Shown here one piece after another: positions 52,393 to 64,000 of a stretch of DNA of 64,000 nt. The translations under genes and the position numbers were made by a program. The notes under the pieces are model-generated. The model did no database searches. It saw only the letters and a program-made list of their open reading frames with translations, and was not told where the DNA came from. How positions within the stretch are numbered: position 1 is the first letter of the stretch; each line of letters begins with the position of its first letter. This DNA comes from Narcine bancroftii (lineage: Eukaryota): the NCBI RefSeq assembly GCF_036971445.1, contig NC_091473.1, positions 128,898,001-128,962,000 on the forward strand, in the 5' to 3' direction.

Positions 52393-52984
52393 AAGTATTT
52401 CAAAATTTCTCTGTACTTTTAAAGTTTTATTTGGTATTGTAGAGAGAGAGAGGCATAACATTAATGGCATCTGAGCTGCGTGTATTAGCTTTTATTTCTC
52501 TTTCGCTAGGTGGGCGATGTTGCTCAGAAGGAGGGATGCTACCCCACCTCATCATGCTCCGCAGCTATGTGACGTCATGTCATGTTTAAATTTAGAGAGA
52601 ATTAAATGCTCATTTTCCGATTTGAATTCAAATTTTCAAACACTGTGGGGACTCTTTCTCAATTACTTTTACAGTCTTTGATTTATTATGAACTGTTGAT
52701 TAATGAGGTAATTTATCTCTCTGATAAGAATTCTGTCTTCTTTTTTGGCCAAACAGCTTCTTTCTTGGTAGTGGGTTTAGATTTTCCTTTTTTTGAATAA
52801 AATAATAAAATATCAATACAATATAATCTATTTGATTAAAATGTGGGATACCTTGGATGAAATGATATGATTTAAGTGTAATGTATCTTCTTGACTTTTA
52901 ACATTACTCAGTAATTTTGGATGTGAAATTTTCATGTTAATACAAATATTGAAAAAGAAAAGATGTATAATTCAATATTGAATC

Positions 52985-53255
52985 TAGAATGCTGCAAAAT
53001 CCTCAAAAAATGGGGTGCTGTTCCTCAAGCTTAGTGACGGTACATGAGGCTACAGTCGTCAGAGTGGGAGTTGAATGAAGCATTATAGTGGCAGGAAGCT
53101 CAGGTTTGCCTTTGAGGACAAACCTCTGCAAAGCAATCACCCAATCTACATTTGGCTTCTTCACGAGACCGCACGAAGAACAGTGATTACAGTACACTTG
53201 ATTGGAAGGAGTGCTTTTTGGGTTCCTGGGGGTGAGAAAGGTTAAGGTGAAAGGT
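52985..53255 (-). mobile_element. Penelope-like fragment
   Basis: CS.CGLV...KLEEQHPIF on the minus strand. Confidence 0.6.
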
Positions 53256-53264
53256 AGGTTTAAA

Positions 53265-53515
53265 GCCTAAAGCCGGAGTGGGGAGGGGGAATCGATTTAA
53301 AAGGGATCTGAGGAGAGCTTTTTTCACAGAGAAAATGGTAGGTGTGTGGAACAAACTACTGGAGGAAGTGGTCAGGTCAGGTTCGTGTAATTGCAAATTT
53401 TTGTGGGACATGGACCGTACACAGGAAAACTGGATCAGCTTTGGTGGAGAACTTAACCACCATGGATATGTAGGGTGATGTGGGCTATTTCTGTGCTGTA
53501 AAACTTTATGACTCA
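53265..53515 (+). mobile_element. CR1 3' fragment
   Basis: RFKRDLRRAFFTEKMVGVWN.L.EEVV. Confidence 0.75.
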
Positions 53516-54029
53516 GTAACAAGTATTGCATCGCCTGCGGTTACACTTCATAAGGGTATAGATAGTGGGAATAGACTTGTTTTAAGCTTATTATCATGGC
53601 CACAGCCAGTTTCCATGATCAGGAACATCACCTCCTTTCCCACGCTCTCTGCAGTTTTTTAAGCTTCTCTTGTTGTCTTAGTAGGTTGGACAAAGAGTCT
53701 CTCACTTTCCCACTGATGTGCCCTGATCTGCGGAGAATTTCCAACATTTTCTGTTTTTGTCCTTGAATCCTAGGTTTGCTTATAGTTCATGCAAAGGATT
53801 GAGTTCTCCTGCTTTGCTCAGCTTAGTCATCAAAGGAAGGAACTGTAAAAACCTCATCTCACATCGATTAATGCAGCACTTCACTAAGTATTGAAGTTCT
53901 GATCCCGAACCAGAACTTGGAAAGATGGTAAAAATTAAGAGGAGCAGTGAATGTGGTAGTGCCATCTATACCCTGCTTTGGGGCTCTGAAGCTTCACACT
54001 TAGCTTCTGAAGAAAACTGGGTAAAATCC

Positions 54030-54500
54030 TGAGAAAGGTAGTGGACACAGCCCATAAAATCACAGCCAAAACCCACCCCACCATCAAGAACATGTACGGG
54101 GAACACTGCCGTTGGAGAGCAGCAGCAATCATCAAGGATCCACACCACCCAGCACATGCTCTGCTCTCACTGTTACCATCAGGAAAGAAGTATAGATGCT
54201 ACAAGACTCGCTCCACCAGGTTTAGAAACAGCTACTACCCCTCCACCATTAGACTCCACAACAATAAACTCGATCAGGGACTAATTTAAGGATTCTTACT
54301 TTTGCACTTTGTTTCTCTTTTCTTCTCGGTATTGCAAAGTCAGTTTGTTTACATTTCTTTATTTGCTTAACACATGCACATTGTGTACAGTTTTTTTGCA
54401 CTACCAATAAGTGATAATTCTGCCTCACTTGCAGGAACAAGAATCTCAGGATTGTATGTGATGTTATAAATGTACTCTGACAATAAATCTGATATCTGAA
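54030..54500 (+). mobile_element. Rex1/Babar 3' fragment
   Basis: IIKDPHHPAHALLSLLPSGKKYR...RFRNSYYP. GACAATAAATCTG tail. Confidence 0.85.
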
Positions 54501-54569
54501 AATTATCCATTCAGAATCATACATGCATGTTCTCATGAATAATAAGGTGCAAAATAACAATGAACAGAA

Positions 54570-55200
54570 CAACCTTGCGATTCAAGTTCATATTTCCCTG
54601 AAAGAGATAGATAGGGTGGTGAAAAAGGCCTATTGGCCTTCATGGATTTGGGGACAGAATCTAAAAGTTGGGACTTTTTTCATGCAACTTGACAAAACAC
54701 TGGATGGAATGCAATTGGACTCAAGTGTAGGGTTCTGGTTGCCACACAATAAGAAAGATTTAGTGGTGACATCCATCAGGATGTTGTCTGGATTGGATGA
54801 TTTTAATTATGGGGATGAATTTAGACAGGCAGGGATTGTTATCCCTGGAGCGAAGGAGGATTGGGTGGGGGGGCAGTGGGTAACCTGATAAATGTTAAAA
54901 GAATTATAAGAAACACATAAATAGTCAGAACCCTTGTTTTTCTTTCCCATGATAGGGTGATCAAAAACAAGAGAGCAATGGATTATAGTCAGTGAAAGGA
55001 GATTTAAAGGGAACTTAAGGAGAAAGGTTTCATGCATAGAGAGAGGTTGCTACCTGGAAACTTACTGCTAGAGGAAGTGATGGAATCAGATACTGTCATT
55101 GTGTTTAAGAGACATTTAGATATTCACTTGAATAGGCAAGGCACAGAAAGATACAGACCTCATGTGGGTAAATGGGATTCAGGTAGATGGGCAGAAGAGT
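54570..55200 (+). mobile_element. CR1 fragment
   Basis: DRVVKKAY...FW.PH.KKD and FKRHLD motifs. Confidence 0.7.
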
Positions 55201-55734
55201 TGGTATGGAACCTCTCAGACTACAGATTATCTCTCAGCTTCCAGAACTAACAAATCACTTATGCTGTTTCCAAGCCAGACGAACAGCTGTTTAAAGAATT
55301 TATGCCAGTACTGGAACAGAGAAGTTAGCCAAAATTAAAAAAAGATCCAATGGCTAAATGACATCCAAAAAACACCCAAAGATGTCCAGAAAGGATCAAT
55401 TTTCTAATTAACACCACTGCAAGATCTTAATTATTAATGGTCATGGAGAGTCATAGAATCCTGCAAGATTCGAACACACCACTTGACCCAACACATTCAC
55501 GGCATTAATCCTATCTCCCAGCACTTGGTCCCTTGCTTTCGAGACAAGGTGCTTTGGCAGATCAGTTTAAACAGTTCAACAATGTTTGTTTTAATAGTCA
55601 ATCCTGTTTTTACATTCTTGTGGCAACAACCGAGGATATCAAAGGAGCACCTGATTCAATTTAACAGGTACCACACTTTACCTTGCAGCCAAGTGCATAC
55701 TACAACCTAATGCAAAGAAAAAGAAAACAAATAA

Positions 55735-56650
55735 AAGCACAGATGCTGGAATCCAAAACAAAAACAGAAACACTAGAAGAACTCAGCCAAGTGAGGAGTA
55801 TCTATAAAAAGAAAAAGCAGTAAATGTTTTGAGGCAGAAACTCTTCCTCAGTAGACACTGATATCAATTTAAATTTTTAATTAAAAAAATTTAGACATAC
55901 AGCCTTTCCTTCCCTTGAGCTTGTGTTGCCCAAATACACCAATTAATACATAACCCTTGTATGTTTTGAAGGGTGGGAGGAAACCAGAGCACTTGGAGGA
56001 CACCCAAGCAGACATAGTGAGGACATATGAATTCCTTACAAACAGTGCCGGATACCAATGCAGGATACTGACATTGTAATTTTTCTTTCTTTTTTTTCTT
56101 TGGCTTGGCTTCGTGGAGGGGTAAAGTCCACGTCAGCTGCAGGCACGTTTATGGCTGACAATTCCAATGCGGGACAGGCAGACACGGTTGCAGCAGTGGC
56201 AAGGGAAAATTGGTGGGTTGGGGTTGGGTGTTGGGTTTTTCCTCCTTTGTCTTTTGTCAGTGAGGTGGGCTCTGCGGTCTGCTTCAAAGGTGGTTGCTGC
56301 CCACCGAACTGTGAGGCGCCAAGATGCACGGTTTGAGGCGATATCAGCCCACTTGCGCTAACCTGACTTCATGTCTAAACAATAGATTTGGAAAAGTCTA
56401 AATTCTCAGCCATCACATTTTAATATAAAGTTTACCTTCAGGAAGAAATCTGGTGTGCCCTCAGCTTGAAAATTTTTAAATGAAACTATTGGTACTTGAA
56501 AATACGACAATTTAAACAACTGTCTCAGCAAAGGGTCTGATCCAAAACATTGACTGACGATTTTTCTCCATGGGTGTTACAAGACCCATTGAGTCCCTCA
56601 GATTTTCATTTGCTCCAGATTCCAGCATCTGTAATTCTTGTGTTTGTCTT
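55735..56650. mobile_element. Inverted PLE pLTR pair enclosing a SINE (55885-56075, -) and an RTE fragment
   Basis: Minus pLTR end at 55735-55855. Plus pLTR end at 56525-56650 (aagggtctgatccaaaacattgact...ccagcatctg). Confidence 0.6.
56080..56357 (-). mobile_element. RTE-clade LINE 3' fragment
   Basis: Near-identical reverse complement of 13700-13987. Interrupts the SINE head. Confidence 0.85.
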
Positions 56651-56774
56651 AGGTTCCAACGTATTTCAATACTAACAATCACTAATGCAAACAGGATAGT
56701 TCACAGTTTTATCATCATTATTGGATGAGTTGGAATTCAGATCAGTTCCATAAAATAAATTACAGAAAATAAAA

Positions 56775-57750
56775 TAAATAATTTATTTCAGCTGTGAATA
56801 CTTTATTGCAGAAGATGACTTTTAAACAGGGGATGAATAGGTTTAGACAACATTGGGAGACAGATTTAAATACTAATATTGATGAAATAAATTGGTTAGA
56901 TTTGTCCCAAGATAGTATGACAAATACTATAAATGTTAGATATAGGTTAGTTCAATATAATTTTTTACATCAATTATATCTTACACCACAAAAGTTAAAT
57001 AAGTTGGTCAGATTTATCTGATCAATGTTTTAGATGTGGTCAGGAGGTAGTCACTTTTTTTTACATTGTACTTGGTCTTGCTCCAAAGTGAGGCCCTTTT
57101 GGTCAAATTTGGCAATTTAATTTGAACCTTATAGGAATTAAATTCCCACAAAATCCAATGTTATTTTTATTAGGTAATATTGAAATCATCTAAATATCAA
57201 AAAGAATATCTAAAGATTGCCTTAGCAGTAGCAAGAAAATGTATGGCAGTTACATGGAAATCAGACACCCACCTAGGTATGGAGAGATAGAAGGCAGAGA
57301 TGCATAGCTGTGTTCCATTGGAGAAGATCACTTATAGTCTGAGAAATAAGTATGATGTATTTTAGAAAATTTGGCACCTGTATTTATAAATTGAGGGAAT
57401 TAACTTATAGACCCTTCCCTTAAGCTTTGAACCTCATTAACTTCTTTGGATGTATTAAGAGCTATAAATGACTAACACCATGTGGCGAGGGGGACCCTCC
57501 AGTAACCAGGTTTCTATTCTTGTTTTTTTTAAACTTTTCTTTATTTTTTTTCTGTCTTTTCTTGCTTTCATTTCATCTCTTTTTCTTTCCATTTCTTGGG
57601 GTTGTTTAGAGGGAGGGGATTGGGGGGTTGGGATTTATATAATAATGTAATGGATTTGATATTAACATCTGACTATTACATTTTATTTTTAGTTATGATG
57701 ACATGTATGGAAAACTTTTAAATAAATATTTTTAAAAAATAAAATAAATC
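56775..57750 (+). mobile_element. L1/Tx1-clade LINE 3' end
   Basis: WETDL...RLVQYNFLHQLYLTPQKL, CCHC knuckle CFRC...HC.WSC..V.PFW, G/T-rich 3' UTR, AATAAA and A-rich tail. Confidence 0.85.
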
Positions 57751-57822
57751 TGGAAAATCTGATCCCAGCTCTAGCATGGATAGTTGGATGGCATAAAAAT
57801 CTAAATCCCATCCTGTGAAGAC

Positions 57823-58996
57823 TGTGACAGAGTATTTAGAGGTGGCATGGGAGGAATTGCTAGAGGAGCTTGCACACGCAACACATAGAAAGCATAGAAT
57901 TTTGGCAGAAAGCAACAAAGTAGCAACATCCAGCAGCTTACCTGGGAGAGCATGTGATCTTTGCAGGCAGATGAGAACAGTTTTGCTCTCAGAGAGGGAG
58001 GGTGTGAAACAGAGAGAGAGGAGACAGAAATCAGTTCTAGAAGGACAAAGCTGGCAAACTTTTGGAAAACTGTCTGGTCAAAGGAGAAGGCTGTCTGTCT
58101 GAAAGGTAACCTGAAAGAAGGAGGATCATCTGGAGAACCTGAAGGGGGCAAGTTTCATCAGCAAGACTAATTAAATAGGAATTAGGCGCAGATGTCCTGC
58201 AACAAAAAGGAATCTGTCTCTGTCATGTGCCAGATAATAAAGATATCAAAGGCAGTGTAGTTAAATACATACCATGGCTTTTATTAGTAAAAACTTAGTA
58301 GTACAATAATGAATGATAATGGGTGCGTACACAGTTATAGTCAAGGGGGAGTGCCCTTGGTGGTAGAGATAATCCACGTCCAATGCCAGCAGTGCAGACT
58401 AAGCATTTGACAAAAGACAAAGGAGGAAAAACCCAACACCCAACACCCAACCCCAATCAACCAATTTTCCCTTGCAACCGCTGCAACCGTGTCTGCCTGT
58501 CCCGCATCGGACTTGTCAGCCACAAACGAGCCTGCAGATGACGTGGACATTACCCCTCCATAAATCTTCGTCCGCGAATCCAAGCCAAAGGAGAAAAGAC
58601 TAAGCATAGTGAGAGATTGACAGCATGACACAGATTTACCACACTCTGAAGACCAACTAGAATCCTCCTGAGTGGTAACCATTGGCCTGTAAAGCACCAA
58701 AGACTGGTGAACGTTGCTAATGCCAACTTTTGTGCACAGTACAAGAATTGGGTGCAACCCATGAGATTGGACTGTGATCCAAAGAACTTTTCTAATCTTA
58801 AATATACATTACACACACCTGCGCTGTATTGGGGGGGGGGGGGGTGGGATTAAATAGGTTAGGTAGGATAAGTAAGTAGGTTAAGTAATAAGTTAAAATT
58901 TAACTCTGTTTTCTTGTTCAAATATAATTAAGTGACCCTGTGTTGTGGGGCACATTTATTGCTGGTGGTTTTTGGGGTCCTCTGGACTCCGTAACA
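57823..58996 (+). mobile_element. Long solo LTR with nested insertions
   Basis: TGTGACA...CGTAACA with perfect 4-bp TSD AGAC. Related to 34954-35940. Confidence 0.85.
58410..58597 (+). mobile_element. RTE 3' fragment inside an LTR-like insert (about 58221-58643)
   Basis: Matches 13800-13985. Flanked by the duplication AGACTAAGCAT. Confidence 0.8.
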
Positions 58997-59029
58997 AGAC
59001 ACAAACTAAACAAGGTAATGTCAATATGC

Positions 59030-59131
59030 TAGTAAAAACACGCCGCTGGAGAAACTCAGCAAATCAAGCAGTCTACTTTATATAGATAAAGATGATAACC
59101 AACATTTTGGGCTTGAGCCCTTCATCGAGGT
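59030..59131 (-). mobile_element. Penelope pLTR terminus with hammerhead-like core
   Basis: Reverse complement cctcGATGA-A-GGGC-tcaa-GCCC-aaaa-tgtt...gctgagtttctccagc. Confidence 0.65.
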
Positions 59132-59484
59132 TAATTTCACAGTCTTCAATGGGTCCTCTTCTGATGTTCCCTGTTCTTGTGGTAAGAGTCTTAACCCGCA
59201 TTTATGCTGCATCTGAATTGGCTAAAACCTTAAAGCTGTAATAAGAACTCATGGAAGTGAAAGTTTTGGAATGGAACATGTTTCTACTTTGAGCATGTAA
59301 TTTTAGCACTCTTAAATCAGGTAAAACAGAGCCAGGAGTGGAATGGTAATCCATCCGTTCCTCCCAAATAAATATGTTTCGGCCATCATTTGAGCAGAGC
59401 ATATCTACTATGGCAGAGTCGGTTCTTCAACATCCCATGTAGTTGACAAAAATGGGGAATTTAGCCTGAAAGTGCCTGAAATAT

Positions 59485-60404
59485 TGTAAATATGCAGACG
59501 ATACTAAGATAGGCGGAATAGTGGATAATGAAGAAGGTTTACAAGGATTGCAGAGGGATTTGGGCTGCTTAGAAAAGTGGGCTGAAAAATGGCAGATGCA
59601 ATTTAATGCTGATAAGTGTGAGGTGCTTCATTTTGGTAAGAAGAATCAGAATAGGACATACGTGGTAAATGGGAGAGCATTGAGGAATACAGAAGAGCAG
59701 AAAGATTTAGGAGTAACGGTACATCGTTCCCTGAAGGTAGAAACTCACGTGAATAGGGTGGTGAAGAAGGCTTTTAGTATGCTGGCCATTGCATGGAATA
59801 TAGGAGTTGGGAGGTGATGTTGAGATTGTATAAGACGTTGGTGCGGCCTAATTTGGAGTTCTGTGTGCAGTTCTTTTTATAGGAAGGATATAAACAGAGT
59901 GGAGAGAGTGCAGAGAAGGTTTACCAGAATGTTACCTGGGTTTAAGCATCTAGAGTATAGGGAGAGATTGGACAGATTAGGTCTTTATTCTTTGGAGCGT
60001 AGAAGGTTGAGAGGGGATTTGATAGAAGTATTTAAGATTATGAAAGGGATAGACAGAGGGGATGTGGATGGACTATTTCCGTTAAGAGGAGGAAAGATTA
60101 AAACAAGAGGACATGAGTTAAGAATTAAGGGGCAGAGGTTTAGAGGTAACATGAGGGGGAACTTCTTTACTCAGAGAGTGGTAGCCATGTGGAATGATCT
60201 TCCGGGAGAAATAGTGGCGGCGGAGTCAATTGTATTATTTAAGAAAAGGTTGGACAGGTATATGGATGAGAAGAAGATGGAGGGTTATGGGCATTGTGCA
60301 GGGAGGTGGGACTAGAAAGGGGTGTTTGGTTCGGTGCGGACTAGAAGGGCCTAATGGCCTGTTTCCGTGCCGTAATTGTTATGTTATTGTTATGTTATGT
60401 TATG
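59485..60404 (+). mobile_element. CR1 LINE, 5'-truncated
   Basis: KYADDTK, LQRDL..L.KWA.KWQMQFN.DKC and FFTQRVV motifs. (TTATG)n tail. Confidence 0.92.
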
Positions 60405-60418
60405 AGTTTCAGGCAGCT

Positions 60419-61172
60419 ATGGGTATATAATCTTTTATCTGAAATTTTGAAAACATAAACAGCCCAATACTGAACACTTTTTCCATGGATGTCATCTGAA
60501 CACCAAAGCTCACGTCTGGCCCCAAACAAGGCCTGATGCAGCCCACCTCCATACAGCATCATGTCTCAGTGCTCCTACCAGTAAGACGACCTGGGAGCTC
60601 GAGGTCCCCGCTCCTCCCCAGGAACCCGAGGTGATATTTTTGATGCAGACAGCCATCGGTCCCCGACAACCCCCCCACTGCCGCCACTGGTGCCCGATTA
60701 TGGTCCCCACTCCTGCCCAGGAGCCCAATGACACTGGAAGAACTCTTTAAAAAAACTCCAACCTGAAGATGATGGTCTCCATATTTTGAGGGTTTAGCTT
60801 AGTTTGAGTCAATTTATGCTTGAAGTTTTACTATACGCTTTACTTAAAAATAACAAGTACATGAGTCATTTTACAGACTATCTTTATCTACATCATTTAC
60901 CACACCCCCCTCCCCGCCCAGCACTGCCACAACCCCTATCCTGCGTCCAGCCCCTCCCCCATCCAGCACCTCCATCACTCCACCATCCAGCACCGCCGCA
61001 ACCCTTCCCCACTCAGAGACCCTTCTAGTTGGAATGTGTCTTTGTTTTGTGTGAATCCGAAATCTGCATAATTACTTAACGTATTCTATTAACTGAATAA
61101 TTCAGAATTCCAAAAAGTGTCTGGACCCAAGGGTTTTGCCAAGGGTTTTGGATAAAAGATTATGTGCCAATT
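60419..61172. mobile_element. Degenerate Tigger-like MITE
   Basis: Inverted ends ggtatataatcttttatc / gataaaagattatgtgcc, GC-rich interior. Confidence 0.5.
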
Positions 61173-61784
61173 ATATGAATTAATTTTGTTGGACATGTTA
61201 CAGACTGAAACTTTCATCCTGTTTATTCTTGAATGAATTTGTCTTCTGGAATGTCTCAGCATATGACACTTTGAAAAAGGGTTTTAATTCATACTGATGA
61301 TAGCATTTTCCCTCCGAACTGACTGTAAGCATTCCAACACCAATTGACTTCAACAATTCTAAATGATATAGATCCCATAATATCCAACTCTCAATTTTAC
61401 TAAGAGAAAACGGAGATAGTTATTTATCCATTGTCCCCAGTATTATCTAAATAAGCAAACATGAACTTAAATCACATTCAAATGCATAATTTCAAAGCTA
61501 ATGTCCTGTCAATTAATGGTAAACAGTTCTTGGGAATGAATAATGAACCCACGTGCCATGTATCATCAGTGAGAGGCAAATGGATTCTGGTTTCTGTTGT
61601 GAACACCAGTATCAGCAAGTTTATCGGTGCAAATAAAAAGAATCTGAGAATTGTATGTGATATCATACTCTGACAATAAATCTGAACTTTGAACTTTGAT
61701 ATTGACTCTGTTATTTTTAAATTTCCAGTTTCCAGCTTTCGGCAGAGATGGGCATAAATAAGATGGCGGTAGATAAGCTGTTTC

Positions 61785-62060
61785 TATTGGTGGGAGAGTA
61801 GAGGATAGTAGATTTAGGACAGAGATGAGGAGGAACTGCTTTTCCAAGAGATTAGTAAATCTATGGAATTCGCTGCCAATTGAAGCAGCGGACGCGACCT
61901 CAGTAAATATATTTAAGACAAGTTTGGATAGATTTTTACATAGTAGGGGAATTCAGGGATAAAGGGGGAAATAGGTAAGTGCTGATGAGGCTATCATCTA
62001 TCAGCCATGATTTAATCTGGCTTGTAAGGCCAGATGGCCTGCTCCTATTTTTTATGTTCT
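61785..62060 (+). mobile_element. CR1 3' fragment
   Basis: tttaggacagagatgaggaggaac...gtaaatctatggaattc...tttaagacaagtttggatagattt. Confidence 0.75.
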
Positions 62061-62106
62061 GCATTATTTTGCTTGTGTATAATCTGCAAGCAGACCTCTT
62101 CTACAA

Positions 62107-62677
62107 ATTCTTGATGAAGAAAAACATATGAAAATTGTGTCCATAATAAAAGGTACTATACATTCGTTATCCACTTGAATTATTTTCCACAGAATTATGT
62201 CTGGCTGGATTACATTTGCCCTTTCTTCGAATTAGCCCAACAGCTCATTATTCTTGGATCTACTGCTCTCCTGTCTGATGGAATTTTTATCATAGAGTCA
62301 TGATATTGCATAGAATGGAAACAGGCCTTTTGGCCCAATGTGTCCATGCCAACCAACCCTATTCGCCTGCAGGAGAAAGCCTTCAAAGCTTCATCTGGTT
62401 GGCAAGAGGGGGGAAGGAGGTTGGCAGGATTCATTAATGTGAACTACCATGAACATGGCAGGTGATGGGACGGCATTTTCAGGTATAATCAGAGGAAAAG
62501 AACTGGGAATAACCTTTGTACTTGATCCAAGAATAATCAGCTGTTCGGCTAATTCGAAGAAAGGGCAAATGTAATCCAGCCAGACATAATTCTGTGGAAA
62601 ATAATTCAAGTGGATAACAAATGTATAGTACCTTTTAATATGTACACAATTTTCATGTGTTTTTCTTCAACAAGAAT
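62107..62677. repeat. Long inverted repeat, 154-bp arms (62107-62260 and 62524-62677), 263-bp spacer
   Basis: Manual alignment gives 7 mismatches, no gaps, and a perfect core of about 70 bp. Confidence 0.92.
62514..62591 (-). other. Candidate 78-nt exon within the right arm of the inverted repeat
   Basis: Acceptor attattttccacAG and donor AAG|gttatt. Open in phase 0 (NYVWLDYICPFFELAEQLIILGSSTK) and phase 1. An upstream gtaagt donor at 62693-62698 would give a 107-nt intron. Confidence 0.25.
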
Positions 62678-63821
62678 GATTTACAAATGATTACTTACTT
62701 TGAAACCACCTTCAGTCCTAGGAAGGTGACCCATTATGTTCCAACTGCAGATTGCCAGTGCCATAAACACACTGAATAATAATGTAATTGGTTCTCAACT
62801 ATAATAATGACACAACTATTTTTCTTTACTTCAATGCTCACTGCCTTAGGTTCAGATAGCAAACACAATGTGGAAAAGCAACTTTAAATAAATTTCATGG
62901 AGTCTGTCTTCACAGGCACTATGTGGAAATTGCATCTTCTTCATTGAAAACATACCCCTGCAGTCACCAGTCTGAGGGTGGAAAGCAATCAACATTAAAG
63001 TTTAAAACACACAATAGAATATTTTATGGCCACATTCATCTTCGATGGTGGCAACAAACCTAAATCATTGTTTTTATCTTTTCCGTAACAGGACCCTTAT
63101 TAGAGATGGGAAGTCACCCCAGCCAAAATTTTCAACACAGGAAGAAAGTGGATGATATCTTTATTTTGTTCTATTGGAGATTCAGGACAGTTCTGACTGA
63201 TCCACTGCATTAATGACAAAAAGGAATTTCACTTTCAGTTTTACTTTGCAGATTTAATGAAGGTTTAGCTTTTAGGTTTTCTTCCAGCTGTGTCCCTATG
63301 CCATAATAAATAAGTAGATTGTAAAACTATTGTAATATATGGTGTAATAAATGAAGACATATGTCATCAGGGGCAAATCTCATGGGTGAATAGCAGTGGT
63401 TCCAAATGGAACCAGTGACGTTTAGCTGTTTGAACACATGGAATATAGTGCCATAGACCCTCCTTGCTGGAATTACAGTGAGAAGTTATTTATTGGATCC
63501 TGGGACAAGATCCATGTCCCATCGACTTCTATGAGAATTGTTAATCGATGGATTAGAATTTCTCATTGGATTCTGTGTTTGTTGATTAACCAAGCTGCAA
63601 GCCTTTGCAATTTGGGGGGAAACACTGGTGGTCACAAAAAGTGCATAACAAGTTCTGTGCAGACAGTCCCTGAAGTTGTCACCAGCCCTGGAGTTGCAAC
63701 TATTTAAAGTCTATGTGGATGCCTTGTATAGTGGAGCCTATGTATTTCAGCCAAATTTGTTAATAATTCAAATATAGGTGGGATAGTGTTGTGAAAGGAC
63801 ATGTCAAGTCAGGTGAACTTT

Positions 63822-64000
63822 ATTTGTCGTTCATACCATGCATTGCACAATAAAGACAAGATAGCATTTCTCCGGGTCCAAGGAGTAGATTTATTTAAAT
63901 ATAAGTTAAAATATTAAGACATATACAATAAAAGTCCACATATATTCTGGGAATTCAGGAGCCTGATGGTTTGGGGAAAAATACTGTTGCCCAATCTGGA
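63822..64000 (-). mobile_element. Rex1-type LINE 3' end running off the window
   Basis: gtcaagtc...tttatttgtc tail and ttcaggagcctgatggtttggggaaaaatactgtt. Confidence 0.55.

Noticed and set aside
63438-63707. 89-aa ATG ORF in unique DNA
   Set aside because: No recognisable motif, and the length is compatible with chance.
1-64000. CRISPR arrays, operons, rRNA or other prokaryotic systems
   Set aside because: No regularly spaced repeat-spacer array and no dense coding. The content is vertebrate TE-rich DNA.

Overview
Eukaryotic, repeat-dominated, intronic or intergenic-type DNA. The repeat set suggests a cartilaginous fish, probably a ray or shark (inferred): CR1, Rex1/Babar, RTE and L1/Tx1 LINEs, Penelope-like elements (PLEs) with hammerhead-like pLTRs, V/HE1-type tRNA-derived SINEs, Gypsy LTR elements and solo LTRs, Harbinger, and hAT and Tigger-like MITEs. 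I recognise no intact host gene, and almost all ORF-track entries are TE fragments or noise. The main structures are a full-length decayed Gypsy (16958-22615) nested in a PLE and carrying a CR1, a Harbinger with an intron-containing transposase (23850-28069) carrying a second deleted Gypsy, a third deleted Gypsy (47913-51190), and several multi-level nests. The most interesting observations are: (1) two different Gypsy families lack a tRNA PBS, and their leader is instead complementary to their own LTR poly(A)-signal region, suggesting self-priming or poly(A) occlusion; (2) a 154-bp, about 95% identical inverted repeat in otherwise unique DNA (62107-62677) covers a candidate exon; (3) hammerhead-bearing PLE termini recur as inverted pairs; (4) a hAT MITE carries a CpG-rich, splice-site-bounded segment. 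Boundaries without a TSD or TIR are approximate, read by eye.
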